Below are positions 35,097 to 44,046 of a stretch of 46,595 bases of DNA, one piece after another. A program made the position numbers and the translations under genes. The DNA is taken from positions 1 through 46,595 of the forward strand of contig CALXUD010000002.1 in NCBI GenBank assembly GCA_944391585.1, given 5' to 3'. Position 1 is the first letter of the stretch. Every line of letters begins with the position of its first letter. The DNA comes from an uncultured Alphaproteobacteria bacterium (lineage in GTDB: Bacteria > Pseudomonadota > Alphaproteobacteria > CAAHEQ01 > UBA3637). The notes beneath the pieces are model-generated. The model was not told the DNA's origin. It did no database searches and was given only the letters and a program-made list of their open reading frames with translations.

Positions 35097-36676
35097 GGTT
35101 GCCTCCGATATTGTTGATATAACCGATTACGCAATAAACGAGAGGGATCTTCTTGAATGCGGTTAAAAAGTTGTTGTGTTTCTTGGTCGGTTGTGGGCTG
35201 ATTTTGAATTTCTTCAGCGGGCACTTGTGTGGATTCATTTTGAGCGTTCTTCGGTGTTTCTTGCGTTGATTGAGGTGTGGTATTTTCGCTTGATTCCGGA
35301 TTATTTTGAGAATCAGATTCGGCTGATTGTTGACTGGTATTTGTTTTGTTTTCAGGAGTGTTTTGTGTATCGGTTTGTGTATCAGTCGAATTTTGAGAAT
35401 CGGATTGAGTTGATTGTTCGGATTGTTCATCGGGTTGACTTTGCGAGTCGTTTTCTGAAGTGTTTTGGTTTTGATTTTCGGTATCAGATGAAGAATTCGA
35501 AGCAGAATTTTGAGGAAGCTGTTTTTCCAGATATTCTTTGTTAAATAACGCATCTGCGTGATATGGGTTTAAGGTGAGCGCTTGTTCATAAAGTTTAATC
35601 GCCTCTTGAATTTGACCGGAAAAAGCCAGCACATTGGCGGCATTATAAAGAGCATCGGCATCGGTTGGGTTATAAAATAAATCATATGCTTGTTGGTAGT
35701 TTTGATTTTGAAAGGCTTTGAGCGCTTCTTGTGCTTTAAAATATGCTTGTTGATCCGGTCGGTAAAAAGGATTGGCCTGAGCTGTTCCAGTAAGAGTCAA
35801 TAAAAGAATAAAGAGATAATTTTTTCGGAATAAATACAGTAAAAACGGTATGGAAATAAGAACTATAAAAATTCCGATGTCTCGAAAGGTTTGAACTTCC
35901 TGTGCTTGAATCGGTGTGCCGGATTCAGAAAGAGGGGTGGCGTTTATCAAGGCATTGATATCCGAATCGTCTGCCGTCAAAGCGTGCGTGGGGATTTCAT
36001 TTTGAAGAGGGGGGAGAGATTGAGGTGTTTGAGGCACGAACAACAGAGCCGTTTTAAAGGGGCTTTTTTGGATATATTGGTTAAGTGCTATTGGTTCAAA
36101 ACCGCCGGCGGTTATCAATAAAATACGACCGGTTTTTAAATTCAGATTATTTAAAAGACGTTCGGCGGTTTCAAAGCCTTTAAGCGGATTATTTTGCGCG
36201 GTTGGCAAAATATCGGCGCCTAAAGAGGGAATCATTGTGCGCAGGATATTTTTATCTTGTGTTAAAGGTGTTAGAACGTATCCTTTGGAGTCATATAAAA
36301 CCAATGCAACTTGTTCATCTTTTAATTTATTCAAAATATCGGTTAGTTTGGCTTTGACTTTAATCAGTTGATCGCCCGAGCCGATGGAATTTAAATCTAA
36401 AATAATGACCGTGCTGTTGGTGTTTAAATAAGCCGGTGTGGTCGTTTGAAAGGCAGGGCCGGAAAGGGCTAAAACCCATAAGCTCCAAAGAAGAGTGAGT
36501 AAAGCGAATCTGTTTCGGTGAGTTTGAGAAGATGATTTTTGAACCAACAGATAAGGTAATAAGCGAGCGTCAATCCATTTCTTCCACGGATTATTAAGTT
36601 GTCCCTTTTTAGTCAGGAAAAGCAATAACAGCGGTATAATTCCTAAAATTAAAAATATCGGACGCAAGAAAATCAT
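35093..36676 (-). CDS. VWA-like plus TPR protein (BatB/BatC-like fusion) with an acidic S/T/Q/N low-complexity region
   Basis: An N-terminal TM segment is followed by a VWA-like domain with a degenerate MIDAS (ILDLNSIGS), a second TM segment, TPR repeats (YNAANVLAFSGQIQEAIKLYEQALTLNPYHADALFN), and then about 114 aa of low complexity. Confidence 0.6.
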   Translation of the reverse strand: MIFLRPIFLILGIIPLLLLFLTKKGQLNNPWKKWIDARLLPYLLVQKSSSQTHRNRFALLTLLWSLWVLALSGPAFQTTTPAYLNTNSTVIILDLNSIGSGDQLIKVKAKLTDILNKLKDEQVALVLYDSKGYVLTPLTQDKNILRTMIPSLGADILPTAQNNPLKGFETAERLLNNLNLKTGRILLITAGGFEPIALNQYIQKSPFKTALLFVPQTPQSLPPLQNEIPTHALTADDSDINALINATPLSESGTPIQAQEVQTFRDIGIFIVLISIPFLLYLFRKNYLFILLLTLTGTAQANPFYRPDQQAYFKAQEALKAFQNQNYQQAYDLFYNPTDADALYNAANVLAFSGQIQEAIKLYEQALTLNPYHADALFNKEYLEKQLPQNSASNSSSDTENQNQNTSENDSQSQPDEQSEQSTQSDSQNSTDTQTDTQNTPENKTNTSQQSAESDSQNNPESSENTTPQSTQETPKNAQNESTQVPAEEIQNQPTTDQETQQLFNRIQEDPSRLLRNRLYQQYRRQP

Positions 36677-37707
36677 GTTCGCATCCTTTCATAAAAAACA
36701 AAAAATAAGAAAAATAAAGCCAGCATTAAAGGAATAAAAAAAAGTTCCCGTTGTGGGCGCACAGAGGAAGCGGCTTGCGGTAAGGGTTCCAATTGGTTCA
36801 ATGTTTGATAAATTTCATTTAATTCCCCCGAAGAGCGCGCTCGAAAATAGAGACCCCCTGTTTTTTGCGCAATTTGTTGTAATGTTTCTTCATCTAAATC
36901 AGATGACGGATTAATAGCTTGCAGACCAAAAAATGTTTGAATCAATTGTTTTTCGGCACCGACACCGATGGTGTAGATTTTAACTTGTTCCTTTTGAGCG
37001 AGTTCGATGGCTTTATCAAGCGGTAATTTCCCAACATTATTATAGCCATCGGAGAGTAAAATTAAAACTCGTTTATCCATGGGAGTTTGGTTTAAGTTTT
37101 TAACACCCAAGGCAATAGCATCTCCAATCGCTGTCATTTCACCGGCGATGCCAATCTCGGCTTCATCAAACAGAGAGGCCGTTGTTTTGGTATCTAAAGA
37201 AAGTGGAACGAAAGTATAAGCCTCAGAGCCAAATAAAATTAACCCTAAATTATCTCCGAGCCGATTTTGAATAAAGTCTTTGACAATTTGTTTTACGATA
37301 GAAAATCGAGTTGTCGGTTGATTTTGGATGGATAAGTCGGTTTGTGCCATGGAGCCGGATGTATCAATCGCCAGCAAGATATTGCGACCGGATTGTTCAA
37401 AGGGAGTTGTGGTATTGGAAACCCAAACGGGGCGTGTTAAAGCGAAAATAGCAAAAATCCAAGCAAATATTAAAAAAACAGGTATGTGTTTGGAGGGTGT
37501 TTGCGACAAAGCGGGGGCATATTGTTTCAAGCGGTTTAAAAACGGTACCATGAGGGCGGCGGCAGAAGAGGTGGGGGCGGCCTTTCCTTTTTGTCCAAAA
37601 CGCATCAAAAAAGGAAGGGGAAGCAATAAAAAAGAAATGGGCCACAACAATTCTATCATGTTGTTTAATATAATCAGAAGAGGCTTAAAAAGCAATGGGA
37701 TTTTCAA
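36673..37707 (-). CDS. batA: VWA domain membrane protein (BatA-like)
   Basis: The MIDAS motif LLAIDTSGSM is present, flanked by N- and C-terminal TM segments. The track start at 37707 is TTG with no RBS, so the ATG at 37659 (MIELLWPISFLLLPLPF) may be the real start. Confidence 0.7.
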   Translation of the reverse strand: MKIPLLFKPLLIILNNMIELLWPISFLLLPLPFLMRFGQKGKAAPTSSAAALMVPFLNRLKQYAPALSQTPSKHIPVFLIFAWIFAIFALTRPVWVSNTTTPFEQSGRNILLAIDTSGSMAQTDLSIQNQPTTRFSIVKQIVKDFIQNRLGDNLGLILFGSEAYTFVPLSLDTKTTASLFDEAEIGIAGEMTAIGDAIALGVKNLNQTPMDKRVLILLSDGYNNVGKLPLDKAIELAQKEQVKIYTIGVGAEKQLIQTFFGLQAINPSSDLDEETLQQIAQKTGGLYFRARSSGELNEIYQTLNQLEPLPQAASSVRPQRELFFIPLMLALFFLFFVFYERMRT

Positions 37708-37730
37708 CAGAGAAGAAAAGAAGGGGATAA

Positions 37731-37769
37731 AAAAAACATCCGGCTTAAAAAACCGGATGTTCTTTTTTT
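37731..37769 (-). terminator. rho-independent terminator downstream of the pilin gene
   Basis: The stem AACATCCGG / CCGGATGTT (37735-37743 and 37753-37761) is flanked by A and T runs. It begins about 17 nt after the pilin stop codon. Confidence 0.75.
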
Positions 37770-37785
37770 ATTCAACAATCAAAAA

Positions 37786-38169
37786 TTAGTTGTTTTGGAA
37801 GTTGAATGTAACTTTGTTAGCGTTGACAGTAGCGCCACTTTGTTCCAAAATGTCGCGAACGTCATTATCATCAACTGTTACTTCTACAGCACCGTTAGCT
37901 GTGTAAGCTTTCATTGTGTTTGTGATGTTGTTGCCATTGCCTAAACCAGCATCATTGAAGTTAACTTCTGTAACTGCGGAGTTGGATTGACCACGAGCAT
38001 AAGCAATCACGGACAATTTAGCAGCTGCATCTGTGATGTTGTTTGCTGTGTTACGATTCATTGCCATTGTGTAGCCAGCGATACCGCCGATGGACAACAC
38101 ACCGATGATTGCCAACACACCTAACATTTCAACCATTGAACGGCCTGATTCTAATTTTGTCATTTTCAT
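37786..38169 (-). CDS. type IV pilin-like protein (short, 125-127 aa, no cysteines)
   Basis: The N-terminus is MKMTKLESG|RSMVEMLGVLAIIGVLSIGGIAGY: a prepilin-like leader, Glu at +5 and a hydrophobic helix. RBS spacing favours the second ATG at 38163. The gene has its own terminator and a long upstream intergenic region. Confidence 0.75.
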   Translation of the reverse strand: MKMTKLESGRSMVEMLGVLAIIGVLSIGGIAGYTMAMNRNTANNITDAAAKLSVIAYARGQSNSAVTEVNFNDAGLGNGNNITNTMKAYTANGAVEVTVDDNDVRDILEQSGATVNANKVTFNFQNN

Positions 38170-38500
38170 AATCCTTTTATAAAAAAATTAAACAACGAAA
38201 AACATTGAATTTTCAACGTTTTCCCTTTTACATAAAACACGTTAGACCATTTTTTTTGACTTTGCAAGAACTTTTTTACTAAAAAATAGTTAATTTTAAA
38301 GGGGTTGTAGGTTTTTTTAGTAAATTATTTAAAAAAAATAAATTTTATCTTTTTTTTGAGGAGAAATGAAACGGTTTAAAGGCATATAAAATAAAAGGGT
38401 ATTTATTAAATAATAAAGTAGGAAAAGGATAAATAACAAACCGTTTCAAAAATTGATATGAAAAAATTTTCTTTATATTCTTCAAGTGTTCTTATAAGAT

Positions 38501-38535
38501 AAAAAACGCCCCGATGTTGGGGCGTTTTCAAAAAA
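38501..38535 (-). terminator. rho-independent terminator downstream of the RND pump gene
   Basis: The stem AAAACGCCCC / GGGGCGTTTT encloses a 6-nt loop and is followed by a T-run on the minus strand. Confidence 0.8.
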
Positions 38536-38541
38536 GGCTAT

Positions 38542-41500
38542 CTATTTTTTCTTTACCGACTTTTTAATCGTTTTTTTCATTTTTTTCAATGAAACGGATG
38601 CGGGTTTTTGAACACTTTGTTTTGCGTTCACTTCAAAAGAAACTTCTTTGCGTTCACCCCAGAAATATTCTGTTATTTTTTGGAACAAGACATACAAAGA
38701 GGGGACAAAGAAAATCCCAACGAAAGAAGCCATCGCCATTCCACCGAAGATAGAAGAGCCAATTGCGCGGCGGGCCATTGCCCCAGCTCCAACAGCGGTG
38801 ACCAGCGGTAAGAAGCCTAGCAATGAGGAAATAGCTGTCATCATAATTGCACGGAAACGCATGTAGGCCCCGTTAATGGCGGCTTGTTCTATAGAAACAT
38901 GTTCCTTTTCACGTTGATCTTTTGAAAATTCAACTAGTAAAATAGCGTTTTTCGCTGCAATTGCAATCAACACTATCATGCCGGCTTGAGCATATAAATC
39001 GTTTGTGATATTACGCACGAACAACAGTAAAGCGGCACCAAACAAACCGACCACGATGGAAATCATCACCGGGAACGGAATCATCCAGCTTTCATACAAG
39101 GCAACCAAAAATAAGTAAGCAAACAAGAAAGCCATACCGAAAATTAAGAAAACTTGTGCGCTGGCTTCTTTTTCTTGCAGAGCCATCCCCGTCCATTGGT
39201 ATTGATAACCCGATGGTAAAATTTCTTTGGAAAGGCGTTCCATTGCGGCCATTGCCGTTCCAGAGCCTTTCCCGTCTGCTGGAGAACCGGTAATTTTTAC
39301 AGAACGATAATTATTATAGCGCTGAATGCTTTGGGCCCCAACAGTTCGTTCTACTTGGACTAAGGAACGTAAAGGAACCATTTCTCCTTTATCATTGCGA
39401 ATGTTAATTTTAAAAATATCATCTAATGTTCGTCTTTCCATAACATCCCCTTGAACGTTCACTTCCCAAGTGCGTCCATAAAGGTTAAAATCATTAACAT
39501 ACGACCCGCCTAACATAGTTTGCATTGTTGAAAAAACATCCGCTATACTAACGCCCAACGCATATGTCTTTTCTCGATCAATAATCAGACGAACCCGAGG
39601 TGAATCCGTTGTGTAAAGAGTCATAACATGGGATAAATCGGGATCTTTATTGGCTGCTGCAATTAATTCATTCGCTGTAGCTAAAATTTGCTCCGGAGAA
39701 TCACCTTGAGTACTTTGTAAGATATATTCAAAATCCGATGTCATGGAAATCCCCATGATTGCCGGCATATTGAACGGGAAAACGCGTGCTTCCTTAATAT
39801 CTGCCGTGCGCATATAGGTTTGTGCAATAATGGAGTTGATATCTAAACCCGCTTCTTCGCGTTCTTTATAAGGTTTTAATTTTACCGCAAAGAAACCGCT
39901 GTTAGAATTTTGTGTGCCGGACATAATTCCATAACCTGTAATGGATAAGTACCCATCCACACCCGGAATATCTTTAAAGCGATCAGCCACCATTTTCATC
40001 ACTTCTTGTGTGCGATTCCAGCTGGCACCGGAAGGCAGTTGCACTTCCATTAAAAAGGCTCCTTGGTCCTCAGCCGGCAAAAAGCCGCTGGGAGTTTTCG
40101 AATAAAAGAAATAAGCCCCAAAGCCAAAGCACAACATAACCACAATGACCCACTTAAAGTGTGGGACTAAACGGGAAACCGTATTCCCATATTTTTGGCG
40201 GGTAAATTCCACAACATCCATAGCTTTTTGAATCAACTTAAAGGGTTTTTGATTAGGACGCATGATAATGGTTGAAATTGCCGGGCTGAGAGTCAAAGAG
40301 TTAAGCCCCGAAATGACCATGGCAGAGGCGATGGCGATTGCAAACTGCCGATATAAAATTCCTGAAATCCCAGGTGTGAATGCAACCGGGACAAATACGG
40401 CCAATAAGACGAGGGTGATTGCAATAATCGGTGCCGTAATGCGGTCCATCGATTTTTTAACGGCTTGAGCCGGTTCTAAGTCAGGGTTCTCACTCATCAC
40501 CGTTTCTACGTCTTCTACCACAACGATGGCGTCATCCACAACGATACCAATGGCCAGAACCAATGCCAATAAGGAAATTGTGTTTGCAGAAACACCAAAA
40601 ATACTCATCCCGATAAAAGCACCGATGAGCGAAACCGGAATGGCTAATGTAGGAATCAATGTAGCGCGCCATGTACCAAGGAATAAATAGCTGACCAAAA
40701 CAATTAAAACAAAAGCCTCAATGATTGTTCGGATGATTTCCTGCATGGAGCCTTGCACAAATTCTGCATTATCAAACAAGGTATGTACTTTAATATCTTG
40801 AGGCATTTTTGCCTGCAATTCATCCATCTTGGCTTCAACTCCTTTTGCGACTTCCATCGCATTTGAGCCGGAAGCTTGGAAAATAGCTATACCGACAGAA
40901 GGTTCGCCATTATAACTTGAACGTAATTCCTGTGATTTAGCTCCCAATTCAATTCGAGCAACATCTTTTAAGCGCAAATAAGAACCATCTTTGTTTGCCC
41001 GGATAATAATATTTTCAAACTCGGAAACGTTTGTTAAACGGCCTTGTGTCGTTAATGAAAACTGAAATTGTTGATCCGGTGTCGAAGGCATAACTCCTAT
41101 ACGTCCGATAGGAGCTTGGAGGTTTTGAGTTTTAATAGCTGTTAAAACATCATTCGTTGAAAGTTTTAGATTCTTTAATTTATCATTATCTAACCAAATG
41201 CGCATGGAATAATCTAGGTTAGAGAAAACCATTACTTCTCCAACGCCCTTCACTCGTGCGAGTTCATCTTTGACATTAATTGTTACATAGTTTGTTAAAA
41301 AAGTGTCTGTATAGGCTGGATTCTCAGATGAAATGGCAAAAATCTGCAACATGGAAGACATACGAGATTGTACATCAATCCCTTGTTGTATAACTTCATC
41401 AGGTAAATTACTTTCTACTTTCTTTAATCGGTTTTGAACATTGACGGTGGCAATATCTGGATCTGTCCCCGTATTAAATGTAACAGTCAGATTATAAGAA

Positions 41501-41760
41501 CCATCATCATTGGAAGTTGAGCTCATGTAAAGCATATCTTCAACACCGTTTACGGCAGATTCTATTTGCTGCGCAACCGTTGATTCCACAACATCTGAAC
41601 TCGCTCCCGGGTAAGTAGCTGAAACGGATACGGAAGGAGGGACGATATCTGGATATTGTTCGACCGGCATCGCCGTTAAGGCCAAAAAGCCAGCCAAAAC
41701 AATCACAATGGAGATCACGCTCGCTAAACGGGGGCGTTTAATAAAGGCATCTGCAATCAT
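38542..41760 (-). CDS. RND efflux transporter permease (AcrB/MexB family)
   Basis: 1072 aa. The N-terminus [49 protein letters not shown] is typical of the family, as is the 12-TM layout with two large periplasmic loops. Confidence 0.95.
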   Translation of the reverse strand: MIADAFIKRPRLASVISIVIVLAGFLALTAMPVEQYPDIVPPSVSVSATYPGASSDVVESTVAQQIESAVNGVEDMLYMSSTSNDDGSYNLTVTFNTGTDPDIATVNVQNRLKKVESNLPDEVIQQGIDVQSRMSSMLQIFAISSENPAYTDTFLTNYVTINVKDELARVKGVGEVMVFSNLDYSMRIWLDNDKLKNLKLSTNDVLTAIKTQNLQAPIGRIGVMPSTPDQQFQFSLTTQGRLTNVSEFENIIIRANKDGSYLRLKDVARIELGAKSQELRSSYNGEPSVGIAIFQASGSNAMEVAKGVEAKMDELQAKMPQDIKVHTLFDNAEFVQGSMQEIIRTIIEAFVLIVLVSYLFLGTWRATLIPTLAIPVSLIGAFIGMSIFGVSANTISLLALVLAIGIVVDDAIVVVEDVETVMSENPDLEPAQAVKKSMDRITAPIIAITLVLLAVFVPVAFTPGISGILYRQFAIAIASAMVISGLNSLTLSPAISTIIMRPNQKPFKLIQKAMDVVEFTRQKYGNTVSRLVPHFKWVIVVMLCFGFGAYFFYSKTPSGFLPAEDQGAFLMEVQLPSGASWNRTQEVMKMVADRFKDIPGVDGYLSITGYGIMSGTQNSNSGFFAVKLKPYKEREEAGLDINSIIAQTYMRTADIKEARVFPFNMPAIMGISMTSDFEYILQSTQGDSPEQILATANELIAAANKDPDLSHVMTLYTTDSPRVRLIIDREKTYALGVSIADVFSTMQTMLGGSYVNDFNLYGRTWEVNVQGDVMERRTLDDIFKINIRNDKGEMVPLRSLVQVERTVGAQSIQRYNNYRSVKITGSPADGKGSGTAMAAMERLSKEILPSGYQYQWTGMALQEKEASAQVFLIFGMAFLFAYLFLVALYESWMIPFPVMISIVVGLFGAALLLFVRNITNDLYAQAGMIVLIAIAAKNAILLVEFSKDQREKEHVSIEQAAINGAYMRFRAIMMTAISSLLGFLPLVTAVGAGAMARRAIGSSIFGGMAMASFVGIFFVPSLYVLFQKITEYFWGERKEVSFEVNAKQSVQKPASVSLKKMKKTIKKSVKKK

Positions 41761-41784
41761 GGGTTCTCTCCTATTTATTCAACA

Positions 41785-42933
41785 TTATTCAGCAGCGTTT
41801 GTTGTCTGTTGCGGGTCAGATTCGGTCTGAAATTGTGGTGTGACGGTTGTTCCGGCCGTAATTTTTTGGAATCCTTCCGTGACGATTGTTTCGCCGGCTT
41901 TTAAACCGCTGATAATTACAATTTCATAATCAGGTAATTCCAAACCGGTTTTAACCGTGCGTTTTTCAATTTTATTATCTTTATTAATTACATAAACAAA
42001 TTCGCCTAACATATCTCGCTGAACGGCGCGTTGCGGAACGATTAAATCCCGACGTGCGGTATGTGCTTTTAAAACAACACGACCATATTGTCCGGAAATG
42101 AGTTCGCCCTTTGGATTAGGGAATTGTGCTTTTAATTTCAATGTATTCATTGCTTCATCCAGTGCATTATCTACAAAATTGATTTTTCCTGGTTCGGCAT
42201 AAGGTTTACCATCAGCCAAGATAAATTCAACGTCTACGCCGGTTGCCCCCATGAATTGTTCTTGCAATAATAACAATTGATTTTCGCTGACTGAAAACAC
42301 TGCTTCAATCGGATTAATGCGTACAATTTGCGCCAAGGCACCTGAAGAGGGGCCGATTAATTCCCCGACAGAATACATAGCTTCCCCGATTTTACCATCC
42401 ATTGGGGCAATAACATCAGTATATTCCAAATCTTTTTTCGCTAAATCCAGTTTTGCTTTTGCTTGATTGATTTCGGCTTTGGATGCTTCAAACTGTGCTT
42501 TAACCTCATCCAGACGAGCTTCGGATACGTCTTTTGTTTTAAACAATTTTAAAGAACGGTTGTATTGTGCTTGTGTATTTTTAAGTTGCGCTTCCGCTTT
42601 ATTCAGATTGGCTTCGGCATCTCGGACATTGGCTTCAAAATTGGCTTTTTCGATAACGAATAAGACTTGCCCTTGTGTGACCATATCCCCTTCTTGGAAT
42701 AAACGTTCTTGGAGAAATCCTTCTACGCGAGCGCGTAAAGCCACTTTATCTTTCGCTTCAATTTTAGCCACGAAGCTTGTTTCAGGGAATACTTCTTTTT
42801 CCTGAACAACCAATGCCGTAACGGCAGTGGGTTGGACTTGAGGTGTGGCGGGCGTTTGCGCCTTTTGAAAATAAAAATAAATACCCGCGCCGATGAGAGT
42901 GATAATAATCAGGAAAAGAAATAGTTTTTTCAT
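41785..42933 (-). CDS. RND efflux periplasmic adaptor (membrane fusion protein)
   Basis: It has an N-terminal anchor, a coiled-coil hairpin (ANVRDAEANLNKAEAQLKNTQAQY...KAEINQAKAKLDLAKKDL), and barrel domains. It lies upstream of the RND permease. Confidence 0.9.
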   Translation of the reverse strand: MKKLFLFLIIITLIGAGIYFYFQKAQTPATPQVQPTAVTALVVQEKEVFPETSFVAKIEAKDKVALRARVEGFLQERLFQEGDMVTQGQVLFVIEKANFEANVRDAEANLNKAEAQLKNTQAQYNRSLKLFKTKDVSEARLDEVKAQFEASKAEINQAKAKLDLAKKDLEYTDVIAPMDGKIGEAMYSVGELIGPSSGALAQIVRINPIEAVFSVSENQLLLLQEQFMGATGVDVEFILADGKPYAEPGKINFVDNALDEAMNTLKLKAQFPNPKGELISGQYGRVVLKAHTARRDLIVPQRAVQRDMLGEFVYVINKDNKIEKRTVKTGLELPDYEIVIISGLKAGETIVTEGFQKITAGTTVTPQFQTESDPQQTTNAAE

Positions 42934-43029
42934 TGCTTTCTCCGTTAAAATAATCTATTTTCAAGTTATATAGCATTATTTTAAAAAGACCTCAATACTT
43001 TTTTCAAAAGAGGACCGAAAAGAAAAAAA

Positions 43030-44046
43030 ATGAGAAAAAAAGAAAATCAAATGCTTCTGGAACGTGGCCCCGGCTTATTAAATCGGACGCTTCAAAAAGA
43101 GAAAAAAAGAAAAACCAGCGGTGTGGCGTCGGCGTTTGTTGTGGATAACAAAGGAGAGGGGTTGCGGGTTTTTGTGGCTGGCGGATCGCGCTCGGGGAAT
43201 AATCCGATTTATGCACAGGAAGCGTTTTTATTGGGAGAAAAAATCGGGCAGATGGGGTATCGATTGGATTTTGGATTATCATCCCGAGGGATTATGGGTG
43301 CTGTTGCAAAAGGTGTGTTAAGTGCTTGGGTGCGACGGGGGCGGAGAGTCCAGAATCCAATTAAAGGGATTACGACAAAAGAGTATTTATCGCTGTATCA
43401 AAGTGATCGGGTGATTGATGAAATTTCCGATATTATTGTGGCAAGGACATTAGAAGAGCGCAAAAAGCAATTATTGAATGCGGATTTTGTTATTTTTGCG
43501 CCTGGTGGTGTTGGAACGTTGGATGAGTTGGTTTATGATTGTGTGGCAATGCAGGACGGATTTTTATCGTTTAAGCCATTTATTTTATTTAATGTAGAGG
43601 GGTTTTTCCATCATTTGTTAGAATTTTTAAAAGAAATTCATTTAAAGCAATTTGCTGATGCATTGCCGTTTATTGTGGTGGATAATAGTGTGGAAGCCGG
43701 TATCGCATTTGATTTATTGACGCATTATTATGTTGGGAAAAGAACAAAAAAGCAAGCATTGAAACGAGTGGAAAAAATTATTTATGAACTTCCTTATTTT
43801 ATTCAAAAATGTCGAGACAAATATTCGGTAGCGGATATTATTCAGCATAATCAAATAATTTTGAAAAAAGGCTCTCGAGAAGAAAAAAATGCGTTAAAAA
43901 TGGAAATTGAAAAGGCTTATTTGAACAAAGAAATTGAGCGAATGTATAACCGGTTGGCCAAATCAGGAAAAGATACGGCGGTTGTCAGTGATAAATTGAC
44001 GGATTTAAAGAAACGGAGTGTAAAAAAGAAAAATGGAATTTATTAA
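43030..44046 (+). CDS. LOG / TIGR00730-family Rossmann-fold protein with N- and C-terminal extensions
   Basis: Motifs VFVAGGSRSGNNPIYAQEAFLLGEKIG and FAPGGVGTLDEL (PGGxGTxxE) are present. At 338 aa the protein carries about 120 extra C-terminal residues that are predicted to be helical and charged. Confidence 0.7.
   Translation: MRKKENQMLLERGPGLLNRTLQKEKKRKTSGVASAFVVDNKGEGLRVFVAGGSRSGNNPIYAQEAFLLGEKIGQMGYRLDFGLSSRGIMGAVAKGVLSAWVRRGRRVQNPIKGITTKEYLSLYQSDRVIDEISDIIVARTLEERKKQLLNADFVIFAPGGVGTLDELVYDCVAMQDGFLSFKPFILFNVEGFFHHLLEFLKEIHLKQFADALPFIVVDNSVEAGIAFDLLTHYYVGKRTKKQALKRVEKIIYELPYFIQKCRDKYSVADIIQHNQIILKKGSREEKNALKMEIEKAYLNKEIERMYNRLAKSGKDTAVVSDKLTDLKKRSVKKKNGIY

Noticed and set aside
35038-35553. 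Long alternative-frame ORFs (171 aa minus strand; 122 aa plus strand at 35176-35544) across the Bat low-complexity tract.
   Set aside because: These are artefacts of repetitive, compositionally biased DNA. Their translations are K/N/P-rich or F/R-rich strings, and they are fully nested within the VWA-TPR gene.
38262-38267. A possible pilin promoter, TTGCAA-17 nt-TAACGT, on the minus strand.
   Set aside because: The -10 hexamer matches only 3 of 6 consensus positions. In such AT-rich DNA, many equally good candidates exist.
43004-43282. A 92-aa minus-strand ORF in the region between the adaptor gene and the LOG gene.
   Set aside because: It is antisense to the LOG gene N-terminus, its translation is dominated by poly-F/S from an A-rich tract, and it has no RBS.
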